DNA of 64,000 nt from Longimicrobiales bacterium (GTDB lineage Bacteria; Gemmatimonadota; Gemmatimonadetes; Longimicrobiales; Gaopeijiaceae). The notes beneath the pieces were generated by a model that saw only the letters and a program-made list of their open reading frames with translations, was not told where the DNA came from and made no database searches. The position numbers were made by a program, and so were the translations under genes. Location: NCBI GenBank assembly GCA_965202805.1, contig OZ241869.1, positions 3,104,001 through 3,168,000 on the forward strand, in the 5' to 3' direction. Below, in pieces: positions 47,281 to 58,139 of the stretch. Numbering within the stretch: position 1 is the stretch's first letter; each line of letters starts with the position of its first letter.

Positions 47281-48879
47281 ATGGCAACTGCTCTCGACGC
47301 CCCGCCCCGCCGCGTGCCGGGCCTGCTCGTCATGCTGGCCGCGAGCGCCTGCTCGCCCGGCGGCGTCCCGGAGTTCGATGTCATCCTGCGCGGGGGCACC
47401 CTGCTGGATGGCGGCGGATCGCCCGGGATGGTGGCCGATGTCGCTCTTTCCGGCGACCGCATCGCGGCGATGGGCGACCTGTCGGCCGCAGGCGCCCGCG
47501 AGGTGCTGGACGTCACCGGGCTCCACGTCGCTCCGGGCTTCATCGACGCGCACTCGCACGCGGGTTCCGGGCTGGACACGGAGGACCGCAGCCACGCCGA
47601 ACCCCTGCTGGCGCAGGGAATCACGACGGTGGTGGTGAACCCCGATGGCGGAGGCCTGGTGGACCTGGCCCTGCAACGGGCCGTGCTGCTCGAAGACGGG
47701 CTCGGGGTCAACGTGGCACAGCTGGTGCCCCACGGATCGGTGCGCAGGGCGGTGCTGGGGATGGAGGATCGACTGCCGGGCCACGACGAACTGGAGGAGA
47801 TGAAGGCGCTGGTGCGGGCCGGCATGGAGGAAGGGGCCTTCGGCATGTCGTCCGGGCCCTTCTACGCCCCCGGAAGCTACTCGGACACCGATGAGCTGAC
47901 GGCCCTCGCCAGGGTCGCGGCAGAGTTCGGCGGGGTCTACACCAGCCACATCCGCGACGAGTCGGACTACACCATTGGCCTGGTCGCGGCGGTGCAGGAG
48001 GTGATCACGGTGGCGCGCGCGGCGGGACTGCCGGGGGTGGTCACGCACATCAAGGCGCTTGGGCCGCCGGCGTGGGGCAAGTCGGCGGAGGTGATCGCCG
48101 CCATCGAGGCAGCCAGGGCGGAGGGTGTCGAAGTGTACGCGGACCAGTACCCGTACGAGGCCTCTTCGACCGGGCTCTCCGCGGCGCTTCTGCCGCGCTG
48201 GGCGCAGGCGGGGGGAGGGGACTCGCTGATGGCTCGCCTCGCCCATCCCGCGACCCGGACGCGCATCCGCGAGGACATGCAAGCCAATCTCGCGCGCCGC
48301 GGAGGAGCCGACCGCCTCCAGTTCCGCCGCTTCCGCCCCGACCCCTCCATCGAAGGCCGCACCCTCGAGGACGTGGCCGCCGCCCGCTCCCTCCATCCCC
48401 TGGACGCGGCGCTGGAGTTGATCGCCGGGGGAGATGCCTCGGTGGTCTCCTTCAATATGACCGACGACGACATCGCCGCCTTCATGATCCAACCCTGGAC
48501 GATGACGGCGTCCGACGGCGCGCTGCCGGAGTGGCAGGTGGGCGTGCCGCACCCGCGCGCCTACGGCACCTTCCCGCGCAAGCTGCGCAAGTACGTGCTG
48601 GAGGAGAAGACGCAGAGCCTCGGGGCAGCGGTCCGCAGCATGACCTCTCTTCCGGCAGACGTTTTTGGTGTCGAGGGTCGCGGGAAGCTCGTTCCCGGGG
48701 CGGTCGCGGACGTCGTGGTGTTCGATCTGGAGGAGGTCCGGGATCTCGCCACCTACACGGACCCGCACCAATTGTCGGAGGGTATGGTGCACGTTTTCGT
48801 AAACGGCGCGGCGGCGATCCGTGACGGCGCCTTCACCGGCGAGCGCGCGGGACGCGTACTCCGGCGAGAGAGTCGCTAG
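47281..48879 (+). CDS. N-acyl-D-amino-acid deacylase (D-aminoacylase)
   Basis: [41 protein letters not shown]; start 47263 or 47281. Confidence 0.9.
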   Translation: MATALDAPPRRVPGLLVMLAASACSPGGVPEFDVILRGGTLLDGGGSPGMVADVALSGDRIAAMGDLSAAGAREVLDVTGLHVAPGFIDAHSHAGSGLDTEDRSHAEPLLAQGITTVVVNPDGGGLVDLALQRAVLLEDGLGVNVAQLVPHGSVRRAVLGMEDRLPGHDELEEMKALVRAGMEEGAFGMSSGPFYAPGSYSDTDELTALARVAAEFGGVYTSHIRDESDYTIGLVAAVQEVITVARAAGLPGVVTHIKALGPPAWGKSAEVIAAIEAARAEGVEVYADQYPYEASSTGLSAALLPRWAQAGGGDSLMARLAHPATRTRIREDMQANLARRGGADRLQFRRFRPDPSIEGRTLEDVAAARSLHPLDAALELIAGGDASVVSFNMTDDDIAAFMIQPWTMTASDGALPEWQVGVPHPRAYGTFPRKLRKYVLEEKTQSLGAAVRSMTSLPADVFGVEGRGKLVPGAVADVVVFDLEEVRDLATYTDPHQLSEGMVHVFVNGAAAIRDGAFTGERAGRVLRRESR

Positions 48880-48941
48880 ACGGCTCGCCGAGCCTCGCGC
48901 ATCCGTCTCCCAGACGATCCTCCGGCAGGACGACACCCGGC

Positions 48942-50771
48942 ATGAAGGTCCGCAACGTCGCCATCATCGCCCATGTCGACCATGGGAAGACCACTCTCGT
49001 GGACCAGATGCTGCGCCAGGCGGGGGTGTTCCGCGAAAACCAGGAAGTGCGCGAGCGGGTGATGGACTCCAATCCGCTGGAGCGGGAGCGGGGCATCACG
49101 ATCCTGTCCAAGAACACCTCGGTGCGCTGGGGCGAGTTCAAGATCAACATCGTGGACACCCCCGGGCACGCCGACTTCGGAGGCGAGGTCGAGCGCATCC
49201 TGCGCATGGTGGACGGGGTGCTGATCCTGGTCGACGCCGCCGAGGGGCCGATGCCCCAGACCCGGTTCGTGACCGGCAAGGCTCTCGAACTGGGACACGC
49301 TCCGGTGGTGGTCATCAACAAGGCCGAGCGACCGGACGCGCGCGCCGAAGAGGTGCACGACGAGGTGCTGGAGCTGTTCATGGATCTCGAGGCCTCCGAC
49401 GAGCAGCTGGACGCGCCCTTCCTGTATGCCTCCGGCCGGGAGGGATGGGCCACGCCGAGCGCCGGCGAGCGGGGTGCCGACCTCGCGCCGCTGTTCGCGG
49501 CCGTCGTGGATCACGTGCCCGCGCCCCCCGCGGAACCGGCAGGGCCGTTCCAGATGCTCGTGTCGACGCTGGACTACTCTTCCTACGTGGGACGCATCGC
49601 GATCGGCCGCATCGAGCGCGGGTGCATCCGGCCCGGCCAGGAGGTGGCCGTGCTGCCCCTGGGCGCGGCGGGAATGGTCGAGGAGGATGACGTGGCCCGC
49701 TCGCGCGCGCTCAAGGTGTACGGGTTCGACGGGCTGGAGCGCGTGGACATCGCGGAAGCCGGCGCGGGAGACATCGTGGCGGTGGCGGGCGTCTCCGGCG
49801 TGGAGATCGGCAGGACCCTGGCCGATCCGGCGCGTCTCGAACGCCTGAAGGGCATCGCGGTGGAGCGGCCCACGATTTCGGTCGACTTCCTCGTCAACGA
49901 CTCGCCTTTTTCGGGCAAAGGGAAGTACGTGACCACGCGCCAGCTCCGCGAGCGGCTCTTCCGGGAGATGGAGCGCAACGTGGCGCTGAAGGTGGAGGCG
50001 ACCGAACATCCGGATACCTTCCGGGTCGCGGGGCGGGGCGAGCTGCACCTGTCCATCCTCATGGAGACCATGCGCCGCGAGGGCTACGAGTTCCAGGTCT
50101 CCCGTCCGCGAGTGCTCATGCGCGAAGGTCCCGCCGGCGAGCCTCTGGAGCCTTACGAGGAGCTGGTGGCGGAGGTGCCCGAATCCCGCGTGGGCACGGT
50201 TATCGAGAAGCTGGGCGCGCGACGGGGCGAGATGCTGGAGATGAGACCGACGGGCCGGGGGCCGATCCGGCTGCGCTTCCGGATTCCGGCGCGCGGCCTG
50301 TTCGGCTATCGGACCGAGTTTCTCACCGACACCCGCGGGGACGGGCTGATGCACCATCGCTTCCTGGAGTACGGGCGGTGGGCGGGCGTGCTGCCCGGAC
50401 GGGAGCGCGGCGCGGTGGTGGCCGACCGCCGGGGCGTCGCGGTGGCGTACGCCATCTTCGGCCTGCAGGAGCGCGCCACCTTCTTCCTGGGACCCGGAGC
50501 CCCGGTCTATGAAGGCATGGTCGTGGGCGTGCACGTCCGCGTGGGCGACCTGGACGTCAACATGTGCAAGGGCAAGAAGCTCACCAACATCCGGGCGGCG
50601 GCGGCGGACGACAACATCCGCCTGGAGCCACCCCGCGCCATCACGCTGGAATCCGCTCTGGAGTTCATCGCGGACGACGAGCTCATCGAGGTCACTCCTG
50701 AAGCGATCCGTCTGCGCAAGCGAATCCTCGAAGCCGGTGCCCGACGCAAGGCGGCGCGCCGCAGAAGATGA
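48942..50771 (+). CDS. typA: Translational GTPase TypA/BipA
   Basis: [61 protein letters not shown]. Confidence 0.97.
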   Translation: MKVRNVAIIAHVDHGKTTLVDQMLRQAGVFRENQEVRERVMDSNPLERERGITILSKNTSVRWGEFKINIVDTPGHADFGGEVERILRMVDGVLILVDAAEGPMPQTRFVTGKALELGHAPVVVINKAERPDARAEEVHDEVLELFMDLEASDEQLDAPFLYASGREGWATPSAGERGADLAPLFAAVVDHVPAPPAEPAGPFQMLVSTLDYSSYVGRIAIGRIERGCIRPGQEVAVLPLGAAGMVEEDDVARSRALKVYGFDGLERVDIAEAGAGDIVAVAGVSGVEIGRTLADPARLERLKGIAVERPTISVDFLVNDSPFSGKGKYVTTRQLRERLFREMERNVALKVEATEHPDTFRVAGRGELHLSILMETMRREGYEFQVSRPRVLMREGPAGEPLEPYEELVAEVPESRVGTVIEKLGARRGEMLEMRPTGRGPIRLRFRIPARGLFGYRTEFLTDTRGDGLMHHRFLEYGRWAGVLPGRERGAVVADRRGVAVAYAIFGLQERATFFLGPGAPVYEGMVVGVHVRVGDLDVNMCKGKKLTNIRAAAADDNIRLEPPRAITLESALEFIADDELIEVTPEAIRLRKRILEAGARRKAARRRR

Positions 50772-50775
50772 GACC

Positions 50776-51939
50776 ATGACCGACAGTTCGACGGCGTGCG
50801 GCGGACCGGCCCGGGACCGCGGGTTCGGCCGCTTCTTTCTGCCCGGTCCCACCGAGGTGCGGCCGGCGGTGCTGGCCGCCCAGAAGCAGGCTCTGATCGG
50901 GCATCGCGGCGAACCCGTCAACGCGCTCATGAGGGAGGTTCAGCCCGGCCTGCGCGAGGTGTTCGGCACCGCGCGGCCCGTTCTGGTGTCTACGTCCTCC
51001 GCGACCGGCCTCATGGAGGCGGCTGTGCGCAACGGCGCGCGGGAGCGAGTGTTGTCGCTGGTGAACGGGGCGTTCTCCGAGCGCTTCGCCCGCATCGCGC
51101 GCTCATGCGGGTTCGAGGTGGATGTGCTGGAGGTGCCCTGGGGCGGCGTGCACGATCCGGACTCGCTCCGGGCCCGCCTGCGCGAGAGACGCTACGACGC
51201 CGTCACCATGGTGCACTCCGAGACCTCCACGGGAGCCCTCAACCCGATCGCCGGGCTGGCGGCGACGGTGCGGGAGTTCCCGGACACGCTTGTGCTGGTC
51301 GATGCCGTCACCAGCGCGGGAGGCGCCCCGGTGCGGGCCGACGACTGGAGCCTCGATTTCGTCCTCTGCGGTTCCCAGAAGGCGATGGCGCTGCCCCCGG
51401 GGCTGGCGTTCGGCGTCGCCTCCGAGCGCATGATGGAGCGGTCCGCCAGCGCGGCGCGCAAGGGGGTCTACTTCGACCTGGTCGCGTTCTACGACGCGCT
51501 GGCGAAGGAGCAGACGCCGAACACGCCTGCGGTGACGTTGCTGTACTCACTGGCGGAGCAGCTGCGCCACATCTCCGCGGAGAGCCTGGAGGGACGCTGG
51601 ACGCGCCACGCGGCCATGGCGCTCAGGTGCGCGGAGTGGGCGGACGCGGCGAGGGAGAGCGTCGGCCCGGAGCTGTCGGTGCTCGCGCCGGAGGGCTTCC
51701 GCTCGCCCACTGTGACCTGCCTGCTGCTGCCGCCGGGGCTGACGGGCCCGGAGGTCGCTCAGGCGATGAAGGAGCGGGGGTTCGTGATCGGAGCGGGATA
51801 CGGCAGACTCAAACCACGGTCGGTGCGCATCGGCCACATGGGAGACCACACCGTGGAGGAACTGGAACGGGTGCTGGAAGCGCTGGAGGAGGTCTTGCGG
51901 GCATCCCCGGGACAGGGGGTCGCGGGGGGGAGGCGATGA
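50776..51939 (+). CDS. Class V aminotransferase (alanine-glyoxylate/serine-pyruvate type)
   Basis: PGPT, HR, VHSETSTG, LVDAVTS, GSQKAMALPPGL, RIGHMG. Confidence 0.9.
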   Translation: MTDSSTACGGPARDRGFGRFFLPGPTEVRPAVLAAQKQALIGHRGEPVNALMREVQPGLREVFGTARPVLVSTSSATGLMEAAVRNGARERVLSLVNGAFSERFARIARSCGFEVDVLEVPWGGVHDPDSLRARLRERRYDAVTMVHSETSTGALNPIAGLAATVREFPDTLVLVDAVTSAGGAPVRADDWSLDFVLCGSQKAMALPPGLAFGVASERMMERSASAARKGVYFDLVAFYDALAKEQTPNTPAVTLLYSLAEQLRHISAESLEGRWTRHAAMALRCAEWADAARESVGPELSVLAPEGFRSPTVTCLLLPPGLTGPEVAQAMKERGFVIGAGYGRLKPRSVRIGHMGDHTVEELERVLEALEEVLRASPGQGVAGGRR

Positions 51940-53543
51940 GGCGGCGTGGCCGACGGTACACGGTCGCGGTGGCGGACAAGGTCTCGCCTTCGGGGCTTGG
52001 CGCCCTCACCCGTGACGATCGCTTCGAGGTGCGCTGGCTGGCGGAGCGCGCGCCGGCCGAGAAGGAAGACGCGATGACCCGGGCGGATGCGGTCATCGTG
52101 CGCAGCGCCACCCGGGTGACCCGGGCTCTGATCGAGGCGGCCCCGAACCTGAAGGTCATCGGGCGGGCCGGGGCGGGGGTGGACAACATCGATCTCGATG
52201 CCGCCACCGAGCGCGGCATCCCGGTTCTGAACGCGCCGGCGGGCAACACCGTCTCCGCAGCGGAACTCACCTTTGCCCTCATTCTGGCGCTGGCGCGAAA
52301 GGTCGTCGCCGCCGACCGGTCGGTGCGCGGGATGACCTGGAAGACGCCGGGACTCGCCGGGGTGGAGCTCAACCGGAAGACGCTCGGGCTGGTCGGGGCG
52401 GGGCGCATCGGCGGAGAAGTGGCGCGCCGTGCCCGCGCCTTCGGCATGAGGGTGCTGGTCTACGATCCCTATCTGCCGGCGACCCGCGCGGAGGAGCTGG
52501 ACGCGGAGCCGCGCGATTTCGACGAGGTGATCGAGCAGGCCGACTTTCTCAGCCTGCATGTGCCGCTCACCCCCTCCACCTCCTCGATGATCGGGGCGGA
52601 GCAGCTGCGCCGCATGAAGCCTTCGGCCTACCTCGTCAACGCGGCCCGCGGCGGGGTGGTGGACGAAGACGCGCTCGCCCGCGCTCTCGGGGAGGGATGG
52701 CTGGCGGGCGCCGCGCTGGATGTCTTCCGCCGGGAACCGCTGCCGGCGTCCAGTCCGCTGGTGGGCAGCCCGAACCTCATACTCAGTCCCCACCTGGGGG
52801 CCTCCACCGCGGAGGCGCAGGAACTGGTGGCTTCCGAGATCGCGGCGGGCGTGCGGGGAGCGCTCCTCGACGGCGACCTCTCGCGGGCTGTGAACGCGCC
52901 CGGCATCGACGGAGCGACGCTGCGAAAGCTGCGCCCCCTGCTGGAGCTCGGGACCCGGATGGGGCGTCTCGCGTGCGCGCTCGCGTCCGGAGGGATCCGC
53001 GGAGTGCAGGTGCGCTACAGCGGCGGGTCGGAAGAGGCGCCCGGCCCGCTAACCGCGGCGGTGCTGTGCGGGCTGCTGGAGGACATCGTAGGGGGCGCGC
53101 GCGTGAACGCCGTCAACGCGGCCCGGCTCGCCGAGGCGCGCGGGATGAGGGTGGTGACGGCCCGCGCGACCCGGCACCCGGGCTACTCCGAGTACCTGGT
53201 CACGGAAGTCGTGACGGAGGAGGGGCGCTTGAGGGTGGCCGGAGCCCTGCTGGACGGCACCCACCCGCGCATCGTGCGCATCGGCGACTTCTCCGTCGAC
53301 CTGGTCCCGGAGGGCTCCATCGTCATCGTGCGCAATCAGGACAAGCCCGGCGTGATCGCCGGGGTGGGGACGGTGCTGGCGTCCATGGGCTTCAACATCG
53401 CCGGATACCACCAGGCCCGCCTGGAGCCGGGCGGCGACGCCATGGCGGCGGTGTCGGTGGATGGAGAGATCACGCAGGAGCTGCTCGAGCGCCTGCGCGA
53501 GCTGGACCAGATCTCCTACGTGAAGCCGGCCCGCCTGGGGTAG
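51936..53543 (+). CDS. serA: D-3-phosphoglycerate dehydrogenase
   Basis: VRSAT, GRAGAGVDNID, GAGRIG, NAARGG, PHLGAST; C-terminal ASB and ACT domains (DKPGVI). Confidence 0.93.
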   Translation: MRRRGRRYTVAVADKVSPSGLGALTRDDRFEVRWLAERAPAEKEDAMTRADAVIVRSATRVTRALIEAAPNLKVIGRAGAGVDNIDLDAATERGIPVLNAPAGNTVSAAELTFALILALARKVVAADRSVRGMTWKTPGLAGVELNRKTLGLVGAGRIGGEVARRARAFGMRVLVYDPYLPATRAEELDAEPRDFDEVIEQADFLSLHVPLTPSTSSMIGAEQLRRMKPSAYLVNAARGGVVDEDALARALGEGWLAGAALDVFRREPLPASSPLVGSPNLILSPHLGASTAEAQELVASEIAAGVRGALLDGDLSRAVNAPGIDGATLRKLRPLLELGTRMGRLACALASGGIRGVQVRYSGGSEEAPGPLTAAVLCGLLEDIVGGARVNAVNAARLAEARGMRVVTARATRHPGYSEYLVTEVVTEEGRLRVAGALLDGTHPRIVRIGDFSVDLVPEGSIVIVRNQDKPGVIAGVGTVLASMGFNIAGYHQARLEPGGDAMAAVSVDGEITQELLERLRELDQISYVKPARLG

Positions 53544-53550
53544 AGCCTTC

Positions 53551-54897
53551 TCAGGGAATGACGTTGTAGCGGCGCAGCACTTCCAGCGTCTCGTTGATCG
53601 GCAGGGCCTCGGCCGTGTTGCCCATCCCCGATACGGTGGTGGCCTTGAAGAGCGAGTTGTAGACGGCCTCCTCGGTGGCTTCCACGGTGGCCAGGAAGAG
53701 CGAGGACATGCGGTTGTTGGCGACCTCCTCCACGGACAGCACCTCCTCCGCGCCACGCCGCACCCCGGCTGCGGTCGAGAAGGCGATCACGTAGTCCCCC
53801 GAGCCGTTTCCGGCGAACGACCCGGTGCGCGCCAGCCCCATCATGGCCCTCCGCGCCACGCGCTCGAGCTTGAGAGGTGAGAGGGGCGCGTCGGTCGCCA
53901 CCACCATCATGATGGATCCCCGGCCCTCGTCCACCATGGATCGCCGGTCCTCGTCCGTAGTGGACCGCTGTCCCTCGTCCGCAATGGACCCCCGGCCTTC
54001 GCCGGTCTCCGCAGGCGCGCCGCTGCCCGGCACCGTCCCCTGAAACGAGTAGCGGCCCAGCTCGCGCCCCACCGGCGCCCCCGCGATGGTGAGGATGCCG
54101 CCGAAGTTGGACTGCACCAGCACGCCCACCGTGTAGCCGCCCAGCTCGTCGGGCACCACCCGGCTGCTGGTGCCGATGCCCCCCTTCCAGCCGAAGGCGC
54201 GGGTCCCGGTACCCGCCCCCACCGACCCTTCCTCCACCGGTCCGGTGCGGGCCGACTCGAGCGCCGCGCGCACATGCCCGGGGGTGATGGGCCGCGCGCG
54301 GATGTCGTTCAGGCCGCCGTCGTTGGTTTCGCCCACGACCGGGTTGATGGAGCGCACGCCCTCCATCCCCTCGCGCGCCAGCATCCACTCCGTGAGCGCG
54401 TCCGCCGCCTTCCACACGCACAGCGTGCAGGTGAGCAGGATGGGCGTCTCCAGCTCCCCCAGCTCCCGCACCTGGGTCACGCCGAGCAGCTTGCCGAACC
54501 CGTTGCCGACGTGCATCGCCGCCGGCACCCGGTCGCGGAAGACGTTGCCTCCGTGCGGGCGAATGGCCGTCACGCCGGTGCGGACACGGTCGTCCTCGCG
54601 CACCGTGGCGTGCCCGACCAGCACGCCATCCACGTCCGTGATTGCGTTGTACGGGCCCGGGACGAAGATGCCCGGCGCGACCCCGACATCCCGCGCCCGC
54701 GGGCGCGGCTGTTCCTGCGCGGAAGCCGTGGGCGCCCCCGGGCCGAACCCCACGGCGACCAGCGCGGCTGCGGTGACGAGTCGCCGGGCCCCGACGGAAG
54801 GGCACCGGCTTCGCTTGGCGGGGGACGGGAGGGGCGAAAACGGGACGTTCATGGTCGCGCTCCGGTTCAGGGTTGGCCTGTGCTCGCGCGGATTCAT
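53551..54897 (-). CDS. dmpA: P1 family peptidase (DmpA-like L-aminopeptidase)
   Basis: NAITDV.GV.VGH, TGVTAI, NGFGK, VVGETND, EGSVGAGTG, QSNFG, GSIMMVVATDAP, SGDY. Confidence 0.9.
   Translation of the reverse strand: MNPREHRPTLNRSATMNVPFSPLPSPAKRSRCPSVGARRLVTAAALVAVGFGPGAPTASAQEQPRPRARDVGVAPGIFVPGPYNAITDVDGVLVGHATVREDDRVRTGVTAIRPHGGNVFRDRVPAAMHVGNGFGKLLGVTQVRELGELETPILLTCTLCVWKAADALTEWMLAREGMEGVRSINPVVGETNDGGLNDIRARPITPGHVRAALESARTGPVEEGSVGAGTGTRAFGWKGGIGTSSRVVPDELGGYTVGVLVQSNFGGILTIAGAPVGRELGRYSFQGTVPGSGAPAETGEGRGSIADEGQRSTTDEDRRSMVDEGRGSIMMVVATDAPLSPLKLERVARRAMMGLARTGSFAGNGSGDYVIAFSTAAGVRRGAEEVLSVEEVANNRMSSLFLATVEATEEAVYNSLFKATTVSGMGNTAEALPINETLEVLRRYNVIP
53912..54007. repeat. Four diverged 24-bp tandem repeats within dmpA
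   Basis: Units start at 53912, 53936, 53960 and 53984; they encode EGRGSIAD / EGQRSTTD / EDRRSMVD / EGRGSI. Confidence 0.88.
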
Positions 54898-55799
54898 CAA
54901 CGGACCGCCAGGGTATCGACGATGAGCAGCACCAGCAGGCAGGGCTGATAGAGCAGGGTTCCCAGGAATACCCGGCGCGCGCGCCGGTCCGTAAGCCGCC
55001 CCGCGGCCGCAAGCGTCACCGCCAGGAGCGCCACCCCGGCCAGCAAGGCCCCGGAGGCGTACACCATGCCGGTCAGGTCGAGCAGTACGGGCGCGAGACT
55101 CACCGGAAGCAGCGCGGCCGCAGCCGCGACCATGCGCAGGCCGAGAACGCGCCCCTGCTCGTCGCCCGGGGGCGCCATGATGATGCCCGCCCGGGCGTAG
55201 TCCTCGCGGCAGATCCACGCCAGCGCCAGGATGTGCGGAAGCTGCCATATGAAGAAGACCCCGAACACCGCGAACGCCTGTGCCGAGAGCGTGCCGGCCG
55301 CGGCGCTCCAGCCCACCAGCACGGGAAGCGCTCCGGGAAACGCGCCCACCAGGCTCGCGAGCGAGGTTCGCGTCTTGAGCGGGGTGTAGACCAGCACGTA
55401 GAGCGCGCTCGAAAGCAGGGCGAGAGCGGCGGGCAGCCATCCGACTGCCGTCCACAGGTAGACGGCCCCGGCCACGGTAAGCAGGAGTCCGAAATCGTGC
55501 GCGTGGCGCGGCGCGACGCGGCCCGACGGGATCGGGCGTCCGCGGGTGCGCGTCATGAGCGCGTCCTGGCGTCGTTCGGCGTACTGGTTGAGCGCCAGCG
55601 CGCCGCCCGTCACCAGCCCCGTCCCCAACGCCGTGTGGAGGATGAGGAGAACCGCCAGTTCGCCTCCGACCGCGACGTAGCAGGACACCCCGGTCAGGGT
55701 CATGACGAAGCAGGCGATCCCGGGCTTGGTCAGTTCGAGGTAGGCTCCGGGGCCGCCCGGGCGGGTCACGGGTTTCATGTTCTCGGGGCTCGGCGACAT
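54897..55799 (-). CDS. cyoE: Protoheme IX farnesyltransferase (heme o synthase)
   Basis: YLELTKP, LNQY.ER..D..M.RT..RPIPSG, YTPLK, GAFPGALP, WQLPH, EDY.RAG. Confidence 0.93.
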   Translation of the reverse strand: MSPSPENMKPVTRPGGPGAYLELTKPGIACFVMTLTGVSCYVAVGGELAVLLILHTALGTGLVTGGALALNQYAERRQDALMTRTRGRPIPSGRVAPRHAHDFGLLLTVAGAVYLWTAVGWLPAALALLSSALYVLVYTPLKTRTSLASLVGAFPGALPVLVGWSAAAGTLSAQAFAVFGVFFIWQLPHILALAWICREDYARAGIIMAPPGDEQGRVLGLRMVAAAAALLPVSLAPVLLDLTGMVYASGALLAGVALLAVTLAAAGRLTDRRARRVFLGTLLYQPCLLVLLIVDTLAVR

Positions 55800-55970
55800 G
55801 GCGCGCGCGGCCGTAGCGGGTCGCGGGAAGAAGTCAGCCGATCGTGCACGGACAAGTCATGCGGATATTGCCGGGACGAGCCATACGGGGGTTGGAGGCG
55901 GCAAGTTGCCGGGGCTCGCGGGTATGCGCAAGTTCCGCGTGAGTGGTCCCATTCGGTTTTCCGGACATCC

Positions 55971-58139
55971 ATGAAGCTGACTCCAGCCGTCTTTCTCGTG
56001 TGTGCGCTGTCCTTGCCGCATGGGATCCAGGCCCAGCGAAGCGCGGCGCTCGAAGCGCTGGAGGAGGGGGTTCGGCTGGCGCAGGAAGGCGATACCGCCC
56101 GTGCCCTGGGTCATATCGAGCGCGCGGTCACCCTCGATCCCGGGTATGCGGAGGCGCACTTTCTGAAGGGCCTGTACCACGCCAGGCAGGCTCCCCGCAG
56201 CACCGGCGACTTCCGTCGCCGCATCATCGCCCGCGAAGCGCTCGACCAGGCCGTCCGTCACGATCCGGAGAATCCCCTGTACCTGCTGGAGTTCGCCAAG
56301 CTCCTGATGATGCAGGAGATCCGGGTGGACGCGCGCAGAATGCTCCGGCGAGCGCTGGACGTGGCCGAACGCGCCGGCGCGCCCACGCTCGCGGAGGTCC
56401 ACTACCAGCTTGGCATCTTCAGCGAGACGACCTGGCGCCGGCTTCGCTATCGCCGCCTTCTCCCCATCGGCATTGCGGAGCTCCGGGGGGACATCGCCTT
56501 CGAGAGCGCGAACTACGTCTGGGACGTGCTCCAGGCTTCGGGCTACGCGCCGGGGCAGGGTGCCGCCGCGCGCGAGGCCATGCTCGACCACTTTCACCGG
56601 GCTCTGACCGCGGATCCCGCGCACACCGGGGCGGCCACCCACCTGCTGGCCTTCCATTACGACACCGGGCGCATGGCGGAGTTCATGGCCGAAGCCCGGC
56701 GCTTCGTGCGCGCCGCCCCCTCCGAGCCCCGCGCCTATCTCGCCCTCGGTCTGGGACTGCACGCCGAGGGCCGCGACGACGAGGCGGCGGGCGCGTTCGA
56801 GTACGCGGTCGAACTGCTGTCCGACGAGAAGCGCGCGGACTTCCTCGCGGTATCGCGCCTGCTCACGCAGGACGACGCCGAGATCTTCGAGGCACGCGCC
56901 GGCGCGGATCCGGCGGACGCTGCCCGTCGTTTCTGGACGGCCTGGGATCCGCTCTATCTGACGCCCTCGAACGAGTACTGGGCCGAGTACCTGTCGCGCA
57001 TGGCCTACGTCGATCTGCGTTTCGGGCTGCCCGAATACGACGTCCCGGGGTGGCGCACCGACCGGGGCGAGATATGGGTGCGCTACGGCAGGCCGCTGCG
57101 CCAGGCGAGCTTCGGGGCCGGCACCACCAACGCCGGCGACCACGAGTCCGTCGGCCGTGTAACGACCGTCTGGAGCTACGGCAGGAACGGGCCGGTGTTC
57201 GTGTTCCGGGGCATGCCGGGCTACCGCGGAGCCACCTTCGCCAACGATTTCCGGTTCTACGCCGAAAACTACCGGGCGCGCCAGCCCGCGCGCTTCGCGG
57301 CGCCGTCGCTTCCGGCGCTCCTGCAGGTGCCCGCTCAGATCGCGCGCTTCCGGGGCGTGGATGACGAGATCGATCTGGAGGTGTACGCGGCCGTTCCCCT
57401 GGATTCGCTCCGTGAGGCGGTCGGCGTGGCGGCGGCCACCTTCGAGACCGGCCTCTTCGTGGTCGAACCGGACGGCGCCGAGATCCGCCGGGTCACCGAG
57501 GCCCGGGAAGTGACCTTCGAGGAGGGCCGCGCGCTCCCTCTGAGCTGGCGCACGACGGTGCCTGCGGGGCAGCCGCACATCGTGTCGGCGGAGGCGCGCG
57601 ATCCGCTCAGCTGGGCGGCCGCGGTGCATCGGGCGCGCGTGGACGCGCGCAGTTTCCCCGCCGGTGAACCGAGCGTGAGCGACATCCTCCTGACCCGGTC
57701 GCTCGAGGCGGTCGTGGATCCTCCCCGCACCCGCGCCGACTTCCGCATGGTGCCCGAGCCCACCCTCACCTACGCCCCGAACGACGAGATCGGGATCTAC
57801 TTCGAGCTCTACAACCTGCTCCCCGACTCCGACCGGTTCGCGTCGTACGAACTGGAGCTGGCGGTGACGGTGGAGGAGATTCATCGGACCGGGTCATTCC
57901 TGCAGGTGCTGGGCGAGCTGGCGGACCGCTGGGGGCTCACCGACGAAGGCGACCAGGCCGTGCGGCTCACGTTCAACAGGCAGAACCGGGTGCAGGCGCG
58001 CGACATGCTGCCCGAGTACTTCACCATCCGGCTCGACGAGCCGCCACCGGGCCGCTACGGGCTGCGGCTGCGGGTCCTGGACCGCAATGCGCGCGTCCAG
58101 CTGGAGGTGGAGCGGGAGTTCCAGGTCCGGGAGCCATGA
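55971..58139 (+). CDS. GWxTD domain protein with TPR repeats
   Basis: Signal peptide; TPR-like helices; FW..DP..TP.NE; GWRTDRGEIWVRYGRP. Confidence 0.88.
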   Translation: MKLTPAVFLVCALSLPHGIQAQRSAALEALEEGVRLAQEGDTARALGHIERAVTLDPGYAEAHFLKGLYHARQAPRSTGDFRRRIIAREALDQAVRHDPENPLYLLEFAKLLMMQEIRVDARRMLRRALDVAERAGAPTLAEVHYQLGIFSETTWRRLRYRRLLPIGIAELRGDIAFESANYVWDVLQASGYAPGQGAAAREAMLDHFHRALTADPAHTGAATHLLAFHYDTGRMAEFMAEARRFVRAAPSEPRAYLALGLGLHAEGRDDEAAGAFEYAVELLSDEKRADFLAVSRLLTQDDAEIFEARAGADPADAARRFWTAWDPLYLTPSNEYWAEYLSRMAYVDLRFGLPEYDVPGWRTDRGEIWVRYGRPLRQASFGAGTTNAGDHESVGRVTTVWSYGRNGPVFVFRGMPGYRGATFANDFRFYAENYRARQPARFAAPSLPALLQVPAQIARFRGVDDEIDLEVYAAVPLDSLREAVGVAAATFETGLFVVEPDGAEIRRVTEAREVTFEEGRALPLSWRTTVPAGQPHIVSAEARDPLSWAAAVHRARVDARSFPAGEPSVSDILLTRSLEAVVDPPRTRADFRMVPEPTLTYAPNDEIGIYFELYNLLPDSDRFASYELELAVTVEEIHRTGSFLQVLGELADRWGLTDEGDQAVRLTFNRQNRVQARDMLPEYFTIRLDEPPPGRYGLRLRVLDRNARVQLEVEREFQVREP

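Noticed and set aside
54873..55970. N-terminal extension giving a 1088-aa GWxTD protein
   Set aside because: Antisense to cyoE; the real start with a signal peptide is at 55971
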